Shown in pieces: positions 30,407-39,971 of a DNA stretch of 64,000 nucleotides. Position numbers and translations under genes: made by a program. The notes below the pieces were generated by a model. It was not told the DNA's origin. It worked only from the letters and a program-made list of their open reading frames with translations, and searched no databases. Source of the stretch: Chloroflexaceae bacterium (GTDB lineage Bacteria; Chloroflexota; Chloroflexia; Chloroflexales; Chloroflexaceae); NCBI GenBank assembly GCA_034436755.1, contig DAOTVB010000015.1, positions 56,516 to 120,515 on the forward strand, in the 5' to 3' direction. Position 1 is the stretch's first letter, and every line of letters begins with the position of its first letter.

Positions 30407-32092
30407 GTGAGTGAACATGCAGCAGTAAGCACCCGGCCTGTCTCCTGGACCGGAACGGAGCTGTTGGATGCATTAAACGCGGCGGAACAGTGGCTGCAAC
30501 AGCATGTTTCTACGATAAACGCCCTGAATGTCTTCCCCGTTCCCGACGGCGATACCGGTACGAATATGCATATGACGCTGGCCGCCGCGCTGCGGGAGGT
30601 GCTGCCGCATGGCTCCTGTGCCCAGGTGAGTGAACAGGTCTACCGGGGGGCGCTGATGGGGGCCCGGGGCAACTCCGGCGTCATTCTCTCGCAGATCCTG
30701 CGGGGCGTGGCCCAGGCGCTGGCCGGGCATGAGCGGTGCGGCCCGCCGGAACTGGCGAATGCGCTGGTGCAGGCCAGTACCACCGCGTATCGCGGCGCCA
30801 GCGAGCCGCGCGAGGGCACCATCCTGACGGTGATCCGTGAAACCAGTGTGGCGGCCCAGACTGCCCTGGAAACCGCCGATGCGGACCTGATCACGGTTCT
30901 ATCCGCTGCGGTTGTCGGCGCGCGCGTTGCCGTTGAGCAAACACCAACGCTGCTCAAGGTGCTGCAGGACGCCGGGGTGGTTGATGCCGGTGGACAGGGG
31001 TTGTATGTCATTCTGGAGGGCATGCTGCGCTGGGCGCAGGACGAAAGCGTGTCGCCGACCCACGATCCGGCGCTGACGCAGAACTTCGGCATGGCCTTCA
31101 GGGATATTCACACGGAGGATGATTCTGGCTACTGCACCAACGTTCTGTTGCGGGGTGAGCATCTGCCCTTTGAAGAGATTCGCCGGCATATGAATGCGGT
31201 GGGAACCTCGGTGGTGGTGGTGGGGGATGCGGCGCTGATACGCATTCACATTCATACGCTGCGTCCGGGGGATATCCTGAATTATGCGGTACAGTTTGGC
31301 GAACTCCTCAACGTCGAAATCACCAACATGAACCAGCAGCGCGCGGCCCTGCACCAGGGCAATGGACAGAACGCGCGGTCAGGGATGCGTGACGCAGTGC
31401 CGACACCGCCGGTTGATGCCGGTGAAGCGGCGCAGAATGCCATCGGGCTGGTGGCGGTTGCGCCGGGGAGCGGGTTTGCGGCAATCTTTCGCAGCCTGCG
31501 CGTCGGGGCGGTGGTGACGGGCGGGCAGACCATGAATCCCAGCACGCAGGAACTGGCCGAGGCGATTGAATCCTTGCCCCAGAATGAAATAATTGTCTTG
31601 CCCAACAATAGTAATGTTATTATGGCGGCACAGCAGGCAGCGGAAGTTACCGGCAAGCAGGTACGGGTGCTGGCCTGCAAAACGGTGCCCCAGGGTATCG
31701 CGGCGATGATGGCATTTGGCTACCAGCGTGACCTGGAAACCAACTTCACTGCGATGCAGCGCGAGATCGAGCGCGTTGTCACGGCGGAAATTACCACGGC
31801 AGTGCGTGATGCGCTGATCGATGGCGTGGCGGTACGCGGCGGGCAGACGATTGCGCTGCTGAATGGCGACCTGGTTGTGGCGGGGGATGACCGGGATCAG
31901 GTGATCGATGATATTTTAGCGCAGATGGGGCTAGAAGCGTTCGAGATCTTGACAGTCTATTATGGTCACCATGTATCGGCGGAACATGCCCACGCACTGG
32001 CGACCCGCCTCAACAGCCGCTATCCTGAGTATGAAATCGAGGTCAGGTCGGGTGGGCAGCCCTTCTACGACTATATTCTCTCAGCCGAATAG
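30407..32092 (+). CDS. DAK2-domain protein YloV/FakA-like (fatty-acid kinase ATP-binding subunit-like)
   Basis: Dak2 motif DGDTGTNM, followed by a DegV-partner-type C-terminal region; 561 aa. Confidence 0.85.
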   Translation: MSEHAAVSTRPVSWTGTELLDALNAAEQWLQQHVSTINALNVFPVPDGDTGTNMHMTLAAALREVLPHGSCAQVSEQVYRGALMGARGNSGVILSQILRGVAQALAGHERCGPPELANALVQASTTAYRGASEPREGTILTVIRETSVAAQTALETADADLITVLSAAVVGARVAVEQTPTLLKVLQDAGVVDAGGQGLYVILEGMLRWAQDESVSPTHDPALTQNFGMAFRDIHTEDDSGYCTNVLLRGEHLPFEEIRRHMNAVGTSVVVVGDAALIRIHIHTLRPGDILNYAVQFGELLNVEITNMNQQRAALHQGNGQNARSGMRDAVPTPPVDAGEAAQNAIGLVAVAPGSGFAAIFRSLRVGAVVTGGQTMNPSTQELAEAIESLPQNEIIVLPNNSNVIMAAQQAAEVTGKQVRVLACKTVPQGIAAMMAFGYQRDLETNFTAMQREIERVVTAEITTAVRDALIDGVAVRGGQTIALLNGDLVVAGDDRDQVIDDILAQMGLEAFEILTVYYGHHVSAEHAHALATRLNSRYPEYEIEVRSGGQPFYDYILSAE

Positions 32093-32139
32093 AACGTAAT
32101 GAGTGAGCAGGGGAATCCAGATGGTGTCAGGAGTGTGTT

Positions 32140-32994
32140 ATGGCCAGCATAAAAATTGTTACCGATAGTGCGGCTGATATTCCGCCGAGTCTGGCGCAGG
32201 AACTGGGAATAGAAATCGTTCCGCTGCGGCTTCACATTAATAATCAGATCTACCGCGCTGGCCTGGACATATCAAGTGAAGAATTTTACGAACTGCTGCA
32301 AAGCAACACCTGTGATATCGCAGTTTCGTCGCCGGGTGTGCTGGTCTTTGAGCATCTCTACCGCCGGCTGGTGCTCGAGTATGAGCATGTGTTCTCGATT
32401 CATCTGAGTGGCCGCCTCGGGGGGGTGTTTCGGGATGCAAATCAGGCGCGGACTAAGCTGCCCGCCTCGCTAACCCGGATCGAGTTGATTGACAGCAAAT
32501 CGGCTTCGATGGGCATGGGGCTGGTGGCGCTGACGGCAGCACGCGCGGCGCGGAATGGCGCTTCGCCCGCCGAGGTCCGGCAACTCATCAACGATATGAT
32601 CCAGCATACGCATGTGGTCTTTTTTGTTGATACTATGGAGTATCTGGAACGGGGCGGACGCCTGACCGTTGCGGCCTCAGTGCTCGGTTCCATGCAGCGG
32701 ATCAAGCCGCTCATGATCCTCGACGAGGGCGAGATTGTGCCCTACGAGCGCACCCGTACTCGCGCCAAGGCGATTGAGGGGTTGTATACCTTTATCGAGG
32801 ATTTTCCCAGGGTACAGGAGGTGGTCGCCCTCTACTCAACCACACCGGAAGATATTGAGAAGCTGCTGGAGAAGGTTGAGCCGATCTTCCCCCCGGAGCG
32901 CGTGCAGGCGGTTCAGTTTAGCCCAAGCATTGCCGCCCATCTGGGCCCCGGCGCGATGGGGGTGGCGGTTTTTGAGGGCCTGGAGGAAGCTTGA
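32140..32994 (+). CDS. DegV-family fatty-acid-binding protein (FakB-like) 1
   Basis: MASIKIVTDSAADIP ... is a typical DegV N-terminus. Confidence 0.8.
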   Translation: MASIKIVTDSAADIPPSLAQELGIEIVPLRLHINNQIYRAGLDISSEEFYELLQSNTCDIAVSSPGVLVFEHLYRRLVLEYEHVFSIHLSGRLGGVFRDANQARTKLPASLTRIELIDSKSASMGMGLVALTAARAARNGASPAEVRQLINDMIQHTHVVFFVDTMEYLERGGRLTVAASVLGSMQRIKPLMILDEGEIVPYERTRTRAKAIEGLYTFIEDFPRVQEVVALYSTTPEDIEKLLEKVEPIFPPERVQAVQFSPSIAAHLGPGAMGVAVFEGLEEA

Positions 32995-33037
32995 GGCATG
33001 TTGTAATGCCCGCTGTACGCCGTGCGAGGAGTTATGT

Positions 33038-33880
33038 GTGGTTAAGATAGTTGTCGATAGTACCGCCGATATGCCGGCGGAGTTGTGTCGTGAGTTCGAT
33101 ATACAGGTTGTACCGCTGCAGGTACGCTTTGACGATGAGGCCTTTCGTGATGGCATCGATATCAGCCGGGATGAGTTTTACCAGCGCTTAGTCACCAGCC
33201 CGACCTTGCCCACCACCTCGACACCGCCACCCGGTGCCTTTGTCGAGGTTTATGAACGGCTGGCCCGGGAAACCGATGCAATTCTGGCGATTCATCTGTC
33301 GGGGAAGTTGAGTAGCACGGTTGGGGTTGCGCGCAAGGCGGCGGAGATGGTACCCCAGGTGCGGATCGAAGTGGTCGACTCGCACTCGCTGGCAATGGTG
33401 ATGGTCTATATGGCGGTTGCAGCCGGGGCCGCCGCGCGCAATGGCGCGGGAGTGGACGAACTGATACCGCTGGTCAACCGGGTTCGGGAGCGCGCGTTTT
33501 TCTATGTCGGGCTGGATACGCTGCACTATCTGGAGAAGGGCGGGCGGATTGGCCGGGCGCGGGCGTTCCTGGGAACGCTGCTCAATGTGAAGCCTTTGAT
33601 CGAGGTGCGCGACGGTGAGGTGCATCCGCTGGAGCAGGTACGCACCGGCAAGCGGATGATGGCCCGCCTGGTTGAACTGGTGCAGGCGCAGACCCCCGTG
33701 GAAGAACTGGCGCTGCTCTACACGTCACAGCGGGAGAAGGCCGAGGCGCTGCTTGAGCAGATTGTGGCGCAGCAGATCTTTCCCCGCGAGCGCATCCAAC
33801 TGGTCCAGATGGGCGGAGTTATCGGCACCCACGCCGGGCCGGGTGCGGTTGGCGTTGTTGGCATCAAGCGAGAGGAGTAA
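33038..33880 (+). CDS. DegV-family fatty-acid-binding protein (FakB-like) 2; GTG start
   Basis: VVKIVVDSTADMP... with a GAGGAG RBS 8 nt upstream. The ORF-track start at 32735 is an overextension running through the DegV1 3' end in another frame. Confidence 0.75.
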   Translation: MVKIVVDSTADMPAELCREFDIQVVPLQVRFDDEAFRDGIDISRDEFYQRLVTSPTLPTTSTPPPGAFVEVYERLARETDAILAIHLSGKLSSTVGVARKAAEMVPQVRIEVVDSHSLAMVMVYMAVAAGAAARNGAGVDELIPLVNRVRERAFFYVGLDTLHYLEKGGRIGRARAFLGTLLNVKPLIEVRDGEVHPLEQVRTGKRMMARLVELVQAQTPVEELALLYTSQREKAEALLEQIVAQQIFPRERIQLVQMGGVIGTHAGPGAVGVVGIKREE

Positions 33881-33889
33881 CGCGGAGCG

Positions 33890-35044
33890 ATGCAGGCGTT
33901 TTTTGAGTTTGGGTTGGGGACGCGGGTACTCTACGACGTTGGCCTGGCGCGTGAGTGTGCGCAGGAGATAGAACGAATGGGCGCGCAACGCGTGCTGCTG
34001 GTAACGGACACGGGTATTGCCACCGCCGGGCTCCTTGAGCCGATCCAGGCAAGCCTGAGTAGTGCCGGTACCCATGTTGTAATCTTCGACCAGGTACCCG
34101 CGAACTCATCGGTCCAGGTGGTTGCGGATGGTGCGGCGCTGGCGCGTGAACAGGAGATTGATCTGCTGGTGGCAGTTGGTGGCGGTAGTCCGCTCGATAC
34201 GGCCAAGTGTATGCGCATTCTGCTGACGCATGGCGGCGATCTGCTGGACTACCAGGGCTACAATGTGCTGGAGCAGCCGCTGCTGCCGATGATTGCGATC
34301 CCCACGACCGCCGGAACCGGGAGCGAAGTGTCGCCCTTTGCCGTGATCCGCGATGAGACCACGCAGGTCAAGCTAACCTTTGCCAGCCCCTTCCTGGCCC
34401 CGACGCTGGCAATCCTCGACCCGGAACTGACCCGCACCCTGCCCGCGACCCTGACCGCCGCCACCGCGCTGGATGCATTGACGCATGCTATCGAGACGAT
34501 TGCCTCGAGCGAAAGTAACCCGATCAGCGATAGCCTGGCACTCGCGGCGATTGAGCGGGTCGCTCACCATCTGCGGGATGCCCTGCAGGATGGAACGAAT
34601 ATGGTCGCACGGGGGAACCTGCTGCTGGCCTCCTGTATGGCCGGGATCGCATTCTCAAGCGGGTTTCTGGGCGTGGTGCATGCGCTGGCGCACGCAACCG
34701 GGGGCAAGTTCTGTGTGCATCACGGGATGGCGAATGCGCTTTTTCTGCCCCACGGGATGCAGTTTAATGCGGCAGTTGTGCCGGAGCGTTATGTCAAAAT
34801 TGCGCAGGCCCTGGGCGTACCGAGCGCAGGCCGCAGCCAGGCCGAGGTGATTACGGACGGCATCGCGGCGGTACGCGCGTTATGCGCCGACGCGGGCATG
34901 CCCACCCGCCTGCGCGATCTGGATATACCGGAAGCGGCACTGGAGGAACTGGCCGAGATAGCGCTGACCGATGCCGCCATCTTCACCAACCCGCGTAGTG
35001 CCACACAAGAAGAGTTGCTGGAACTGCTGCGCGCGGCCTGGTGA
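33890..35044 (+). CDS. Iron-containing alcohol dehydrogenase
   Basis: GGGSPLD NAD motif; His-rich metal site (HALAHATGGKFCVHHGMANA). Confidence 0.85.
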   Translation: MQAFFEFGLGTRVLYDVGLARECAQEIERMGAQRVLLVTDTGIATAGLLEPIQASLSSAGTHVVIFDQVPANSSVQVVADGAALAREQEIDLLVAVGGGSPLDTAKCMRILLTHGGDLLDYQGYNVLEQPLLPMIAIPTTAGTGSEVSPFAVIRDETTQVKLTFASPFLAPTLAILDPELTRTLPATLTAATALDALTHAIETIASSESNPISDSLALAAIERVAHHLRDALQDGTNMVARGNLLLASCMAGIAFSSGFLGVVHALAHATGGKFCVHHGMANALFLPHGMQFNAAVVPERYVKIAQALGVPSAGRSQAEVITDGIAAVRALCADAGMPTRLRDLDIPEAALEELAEIALTDAAIFTNPRSATQEELLELLRAAW

Positions 35045-35084
35045 ATTGGGCGGGGCAGAGCGCCAGACATCGCGGGCCACATTT

Positions 35085-36278
35085 CTACTCCGTGGGAAAC
35101 AATACACTCCCCGGCTCAACACTGCTCCCCGCCGGCAGCGTAACCCCCGGCCCCAGGACCGCACCGCGCCGGCAGAGCACCTCCGGATCAAGCCGGTCAC
35201 CCACCTGGGCGGTAGACTGCACATCGGCAAAGATGCGCGACGGCAGCCGGGTAGCCGTTCCCAGACGCGCGCCGGTATCAAGCAGACTGTGCTGCACCAG
35301 GCAGTCATCCCCAACCACCGCACCGGCTCCCAGCATCGCATGTTCGATCACGCAGTTAGCGCCCACCGTAACTCCCGCCGCCAGCACCGAGCGTTCGATA
35401 ACCGTGTTTGCGCCGATCACAACGCCATCGCCAATAATTGCCGGTCCCGTGATGCGACTACCTGCGCCGATGCGGGCCTGCCCAACCGCTACTGCTCCGT
35501 TGAGCGTACTGGTCGCCGCGATGGTTGCTGCCGGATGCTGAACGGCGGGCCGGTCAGATTGCTGCTCCAGCAGAAACGCATTGGCAATCAGCGCCTCCCA
35601 GGGCGTACCCACCGGCACCCAGTGACCGGCGCAGAGCTGGTAGTGAACGGGATGCTCCGCGGCCAGCAGCGCAATCAGATCGGTCAGTTCATACTCGCCA
35701 CGGGGAGAGGGCCGGATACGCTCCAGCAGGGGGAAGACCGCCGCGTCGAAGTGGTAGATACCGGGATTCGCCAGCGCGCCGGGTTGCGCGTGGGGCGGCT
35801 TCTCGATAATGCGCTGCACCCGGTCATCGACAATATCCAGAATGCCAAACGCCTGCGGATCAGCCACGCGCAGGGCAGCCATGCTGTAACGCTCCCGGCA
35901 GATGTTCTCCAGGTCCACCCGGCTGATCAGGTTATCGCCGTAGAGCAGGAAAAAGGGCGCGTCTATCCGGCCCGCGACGGCCTGCAGCGCACTGGCGGTG
36001 CCGTTGACCTGCTGCTGCGGTACGTAGCGCAGTTCCATCCCCCGGTAGTCTGTACCAAAGTGCGCCTGGATATCGGCGGCACGGTAGCCCACCACCAGCG
36101 TGACATGCGTAACCAGTCCAACCAGTTCATCGAGGATATGGGCCAGCAGCGGACGACCAACCAGCGGAATAAGCGGCTTGGGCCGGTGCAGCGTGAGGGG
36201 CCGGGTACGCCGCGACTCACCGGCGACCAGGATCACGGCGTGGCGGGTCGAACATTGATCCGGGTTTGTCAATGGCAT
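35085..36278 (-). CDS. Sugar-phosphate nucleotidyltransferase: N-terminal NTP-transferase domain plus C-terminal left-handed beta-helix
   Basis: ILVAGESRRTRPLT (G-x-G-T-R-like) N-terminus; hexapeptide repeats at the C-terminus. Confidence 0.75.
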   Translation of the reverse strand: MPLTNPDQCSTRHAVILVAGESRRTRPLTLHRPKPLIPLVGRPLLAHILDELVGLVTHVTLVVGYRAADIQAHFGTDYRGMELRYVPQQQVNGTASALQAVAGRIDAPFFLLYGDNLISRVDLENICRERYSMAALRVADPQAFGILDIVDDRVQRIIEKPPHAQPGALANPGIYHFDAAVFPLLERIRPSPRGEYELTDLIALLAAEHPVHYQLCAGHWVPVGTPWEALIANAFLLEQQSDRPAVQHPAATIAATSTLNGAVAVGQARIGAGSRITGPAIIGDGVVIGANTVIERSVLAAGVTVGANCVIEHAMLGAGAVVGDDCLVQHSLLDTGARLGTATRLPSRIFADVQSTAQVGDRLDPEVLCRRGAVLGPGVTLPAGSSVEPGSVLFPTE

Positions 36279-36439
36279 ATGCGCGCCTCACAGAGCCGGT
36301 ACTACTGCTTGTGCCAGGTTTGTGAAAAAAATAGCGGTGACTGACACGACATTATACTGCAAAAGCAGCTAATGAAAAAGCCCACTGCGGAGGTAGCACA
36401 CCGCAATGCGCTTCTGATTGGACGGGGGGAGCAGGCTAA

Positions 36440-36665
36440 TAATGAACAGGACTTACGCGGTCAGTTCCAAATCCGGCATGTGCCTGAATAAACGGCCCGA
36501 CTCGCCTCCGGCAGGGCGGAATAGAACATTCTTTTTCCGGAACATGTGGCACGGTGTGTCACATGTTCCGGAAAAAGACAGAAAAGTACCACGCTGCCGC
36601 AGGCGAAATACACCATTATCGGGAGCAAACGACCCGTTTGAATGCCCACCGCGCGCGTCGTGTAA
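36440..36665. repeat. Modular palindromic repeat element, copy 5, inverted orientation; hairpin 36535-36572 of entirely different sequence
   Basis: Contains aacaggacttacgcggtcagttccaaatccggc, cgcctccggcagggcgg, the core ttccggaacatgtggcacggtgtgtcacatgttccggaa between ttttt and aaaaa, and gtaccacgctgccgcaggcg. Confidence 0.85.
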
Positions 36666-37253
36666 TTAATAATCCGGGGTAATCTGCTGGGCCAGCAGGA
36701 TCGCCTGGGCGACTTCCTTCATCGACTTGCGGCTATTCATTGCGAGTTGTTGAATGCGGCGAAATGCCTCCGCCTCGCGCAGTCCCTGGCTATCCATCAG
36801 GTAGCCCTTGGCGCGTTCGATCACCTTGCGCGTCTCCAGCCGCTCTTGCAGTTGCGACAACTCCTGCTTGCGCGCATGCTGCTCCTGCCAGCGCGCACAG
36901 GCGACCTCAATGATCGGCATCAAGGTGCTCTCGTGGATCGGCTTGACCAGAAAGCCCAGCACACCGGCGTCACGCGCGCGGGATACCAGTTCCCGGTCAC
37001 TGGAGTTCGTAATCAAGATAACCGGAGCCAGCCCTTCATTCTGGAGCAACCGGGCAACCTCAATGCCGTCCATACGCGGCATATCGCGGTCGATTAACAC
37101 CACATCGGGCCGAAGCTGGCGGATCAAGAGAATGGCGCTCATCCCATCGCCGGCCTCACCAATAACCAGGTAGCCCAGATGCTCCAGCGTTTTGCGCAGG
37201 TTGGCGCGAATGGTCGACTCATCTTCCGCTATCAAAACGCGTTTGCCTGTCAT
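36666..37253 (-). CDS. ANTAR-domain response regulator (AmiR/NasR-like RNA-binding antiterminator)
   Basis: A REC domain (VLIAEDE...VLIDRDMPRMDG) is followed by a C-terminal ANTAR (LETRKVIERAKGYLM...EAFRRIQQLAMNS). Confidence 0.8.
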   Translation of the reverse strand: MTGKRVLIAEDESTIRANLRKTLEHLGYLVIGEAGDGMSAILLIRQLRPDVVLIDRDMPRMDGIEVARLLQNEGLAPVILITNSSDRELVSRARDAGVLGFLVKPIHESTLMPIIEVACARWQEQHARKQELSQLQERLETRKVIERAKGYLMDSQGLREAEAFRRIQQLAMNSRKSMKEVAQAILLAQQITPDY

Positions 37254-37600
37254 TGATCGATGCCTCCAAACATCAATAAGCCCCTTGTCGCGCCGGTTCT
37301 ATGGGCGGCAAGGGGCAACCATGCACCAGATTCAGACATCGTAGCTTACAGGCCAGTATACCTGGTTGCTGCGGCGACAACAAGAGCCACAATATACAAA
37401 GTCACACCAGCGGCACTTGTGCAGGAGAATGGAGGAGTGGTGACATACAGATGTTATGCATTGCCCTGTGGACGGAGCTTTGCGCCTCCGGCAAGACGGA
37501 AGATTCCATAATAGAGCAACCCTCCATTGGTCGTATGCCGCCTTCAGGCGGTTGAGAGCGAATCCCGCAGAATTAGTTCACAACCAATGGAGGATTGTTA

Positions 37601-37822
37601 TATACAGGATTTACGCGGTCGGTTCCAAATCAGGCATCTACCTGGACAACCGGCCCGATTCGCCTCCGGCAGGGTGGAAGCCAACAGATCTTTTTCACAG
37701 AAAAATTCACGTTGTAAATTTTTCTGTGAAAAAGATAAAGAAGTACCATGCTGCCGCAGGCGAAGCTGCCGTTCACCGGGTGAAACGTCCGGTTTGATGA
37801 ACCACCGCATAACTCGTGTAGT
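37601..37822. repeat. Modular palindromic repeat element, copy 6, inverted orientation; hairpin 37694-37730
   Basis: Contains acaggatttacgcggtcggttccaaatcaggc, cgcctccggcagggtgg, the core ttcacagaaaaattcacgttgtaaatttttctgtgaa and gtaccatgctgccgcaggcg. Confidence 0.85.
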
Positions 37823-37834
37823 TGTAACCCACAC

Positions 37835-38515
37835 TCAGGGCGCAATCAGCGCCAGGCAGGTGCCGTTGCCCACACTCGCCAGCGCATTGGGCAGGGGGAA
37901 ACAACTGGCAACCGTCGCACTGGTTGCGGGCAGGGCGGCACCGCTAGCCAGACCAAGCACAACCAGGAAAATGACCAGCGCCAGACCAGCGCCCCCGGCA
38001 ACCGTCAATGCTTTGTTTTGATTAAGCTCCGGGTCGGTCAGGAAAAATGCATACGCTGTGTAGATCACGTAGGCAATCAGGCCAATCGCAACGGGCTGAT
38101 AGAGGCAGCCAATCCGGGCAATACTGCCAACCGCGGCATTAAGGCCGAGAATCGGCACCGTATAGAGCGCAGTGGTGTAGATAATCTCATCCTGGGCAAA
38201 TGAACTCCCCTGCTGGCGGCCCAGTGCATTCAGCACAAAGGCAAAGATAAAAAACGCACCAAAGGGTGTCACCAGGGCAAACAGCAACTTCAGGAAGGCA
38301 TAGGGTACCGCCGCAATAAAGGGCGACAGGCCCGCAATCAGGCCAAACACAAAGGCAAACAGCGCTGCCACAACCGACACCGCGCTCACAAAAATCAGCG
38401 CCTCGCGCATCCCGCCTTCTTTCTGAAACCGCCTGAAAGTCTCCGCTTCCGGCTTCCGCAATATCGCCAGGCCCCGGTCAAGCTGGGCGCTGAGCGACGT
38501 GTCCCGAACGATCAT
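37835..38515 (-). CDS. Yip1-domain membrane protein, paralog A
   Basis: 5 TM with the Yip1 topology and a conserved RKPEAETFRRFQKEGGMREAL N-terminal block shared with paralog B. The ATG at 38515 has a GAGGAGG RBS. Confidence 0.6.
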   Translation of the reverse strand: MIVRDTSLSAQLDRGLAILRKPEAETFRRFQKEGGMREALIFVSAVSVVAALFAFVFGLIAGLSPFIAAVPYAFLKLLFALVTPFGAFFIFAFVLNALGRQQGSSFAQDEIIYTTALYTVPILGLNAAVGSIARIGCLYQPVAIGLIAYVIYTAYAFFLTDPELNQNKALTVAGGAGLALVIFLVVLGLASGAALPATSATVASCFPLPNALASVGNGTCLALIAP

Positions 38516-38902
38516 GGCCACTTCCTCCTCTGCTATGCAACACGAGCTTTACCCTTATCCGCTACTGCTACCGTCAGCCGGGGCCCGCACGAGACGAGCC
38601 GCGCAGAGCTAAATGCCCGACCCTACCGGGCACCTCCGTCTTCGGGTTGATCTCCCTGATAAAAAGAGCAACCGGCGGCAGCAGGACAGCACGCTGGGGG
38701 CGCACAGGCCGCGATAAACTGGTTCTGTAACGGTCAATGCGCTCTGGCCTATTGTAACAAAGTTTTCCGCATCCGTTGTCAGACCACAACATACGCAAAG
38801 GGGTCGCGTCAATAACGCGACCCCTTTGAACTGCTCCCAGCACGCCCGGCAGAGCGGACGACCGGGCGTGTCATACCATTTGCAGACCCTGGTCAGATGG
38901 TT

Positions 38903-39472
38903 CTACGCGACGTAAAAAATCGAAAACACCACCCCGGTGACGATCCAGTAGGCAACGAGCGCTGCGACCACCGAAATGACCGCTTTCGTCGTATCGGTCA
39001 GGTTCATGCTGGAGCGCGATGCCAGATAGGCCAGGTAGAGCATATACAGGCTCAGGATGAGTACGACGGTGGGAATAAAGATAATGTTAAAGAGCGGAAT
39101 ATTACTCATAATGCCATTCACGGCCATAATTGGGGCCGCGTAGAGCGCAATGGTGTAAAACACCTCATCCTGCGTTCCGGTACCACCCTGCTGCTTGCCC
39201 ACCCAGTAGAGCACGTAGGAGAATGCAAAAAAGCCGACAATGGGCGTAATAAAGCCACCCAGCAGCCGCAGCAACGCATATCCGAAGCCGCCGAACAGAC
39301 CAAACACAAAGGCAACAATCGCCGCCAGTGCCGCCGCCACCCCGACATAGACCAGCGCCTCGCGCATGCCGCCGCGCTTTTCGTACTGCTCAAACGTCGC
39401 CACGCTGGGCCGGGTCAGAACATTAATGCTCTGATTGAGCATCTCATCAATGGATACACCCTGAACGATCAT
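38903..39472 (-). CDS. Yip1-domain membrane protein, paralog B
   Basis: MIVQGVSIDEM...TRPSVATFEQYEKRGGMREAL is parallel to paralog A. AAGGAGG RBS before the ATG at 39472. Confidence 0.6.
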   Translation of the reverse strand: MIVQGVSIDEMLNQSINVLTRPSVATFEQYEKRGGMREALVYVGVAAALAAIVAFVFGLFGGFGYALLRLLGGFITPIVGFFAFSYVLYWVGKQQGGTGTQDEVFYTIALYAAPIMAVNGIMSNIPLFNIIFIPTVVLILSLYMLYLAYLASRSSMNLTDTTKAVISVVAALVAYWIVTGVVFSIFYVA

Positions 39473-39722
39473 AACCAACTCCTCCTTATACATAAACCGG
39501 CCACGGATAAAGATATGCGTAACTGCCACAGACCGGACGGCGTTATGGTTGCGCCACACGCCGTCATTAATCTGCAGCGCTCCTTTGCATATTGTAGCAA
39601 AAACTGGCACCTTTTGTACAGTTATGCAATTTTCTCGTCTGCTGTGTATGTCCCGACGCGCTTCACTCTATTAGCTGTATTATATGATACGCAATACTGT
39701 GCATAAACGTTGCATACGGCCA

Positions 39723-39765
39723 GGGGTTACGGGTTACGGGTTACGGGTTACGGGTTACGGGTTGG
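39723..39765. repeat. (GGGTTAC)5-6 heptanucleotide microsatellite, telomere-like and G-quadruplex-capable
   Basis: Direct reading: ggggttac gggttac gggttac gggttac gggttac gggttgg. It lies in the divergent intergenic region between the Yip1-B and rph starts. Confidence 0.95.
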
Positions 39766-39799
39766 CGTGTGGGGGACGGCTATGTTATGATGCATTTCA

Positions 39800-39920
39800 T
39801 GCACAGGAGTTACGTGGTGCGGCCTATTCTGGCCTGGTGACAACCCTGAACGCCGGCTGCGCCTGCGGCAGGATGGTACTCTTTTTCTGCCACCCTGCCG
39901 GCGGCGAAAAGCACTCGCTC
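39800..39920. repeat. Degenerate copy of the repeat element lacking the large hairpin
   Basis: Contains cacaggagttacgtggtg ... cgcctgcggcaggatggtactctttttctgccaccctgccggcggcgaaaag. Confidence 0.5.
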
Positions 39921-39971
39921 GGGGAGAACCACGCAACTCGTATCGGTCACGAACACTATGTAGAGGAGCGA

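Noticed and set aside
32735-33037. N-terminal 100-aa extension of the second DegV ORF
   Set aside because: The extension reads through the DegV1 3' end in another frame and is Arg/Pro/Ser-rich. A GTG at 33038 with a GAGGAG RBS yields the canonical DegV N-terminus (VKIVVDSTAD).
36455-36480. tRNA-like T-arm (ggtcagTTCCAAATCcgg, also at 37617 and 42190) inside the repeat elements
   Set aside because: The flanking bases do not form a 5-bp T-stem. There is no acceptor, D or anticodon arm, and no CCA context. The similarity to GGTTCRAATCC is superficial.
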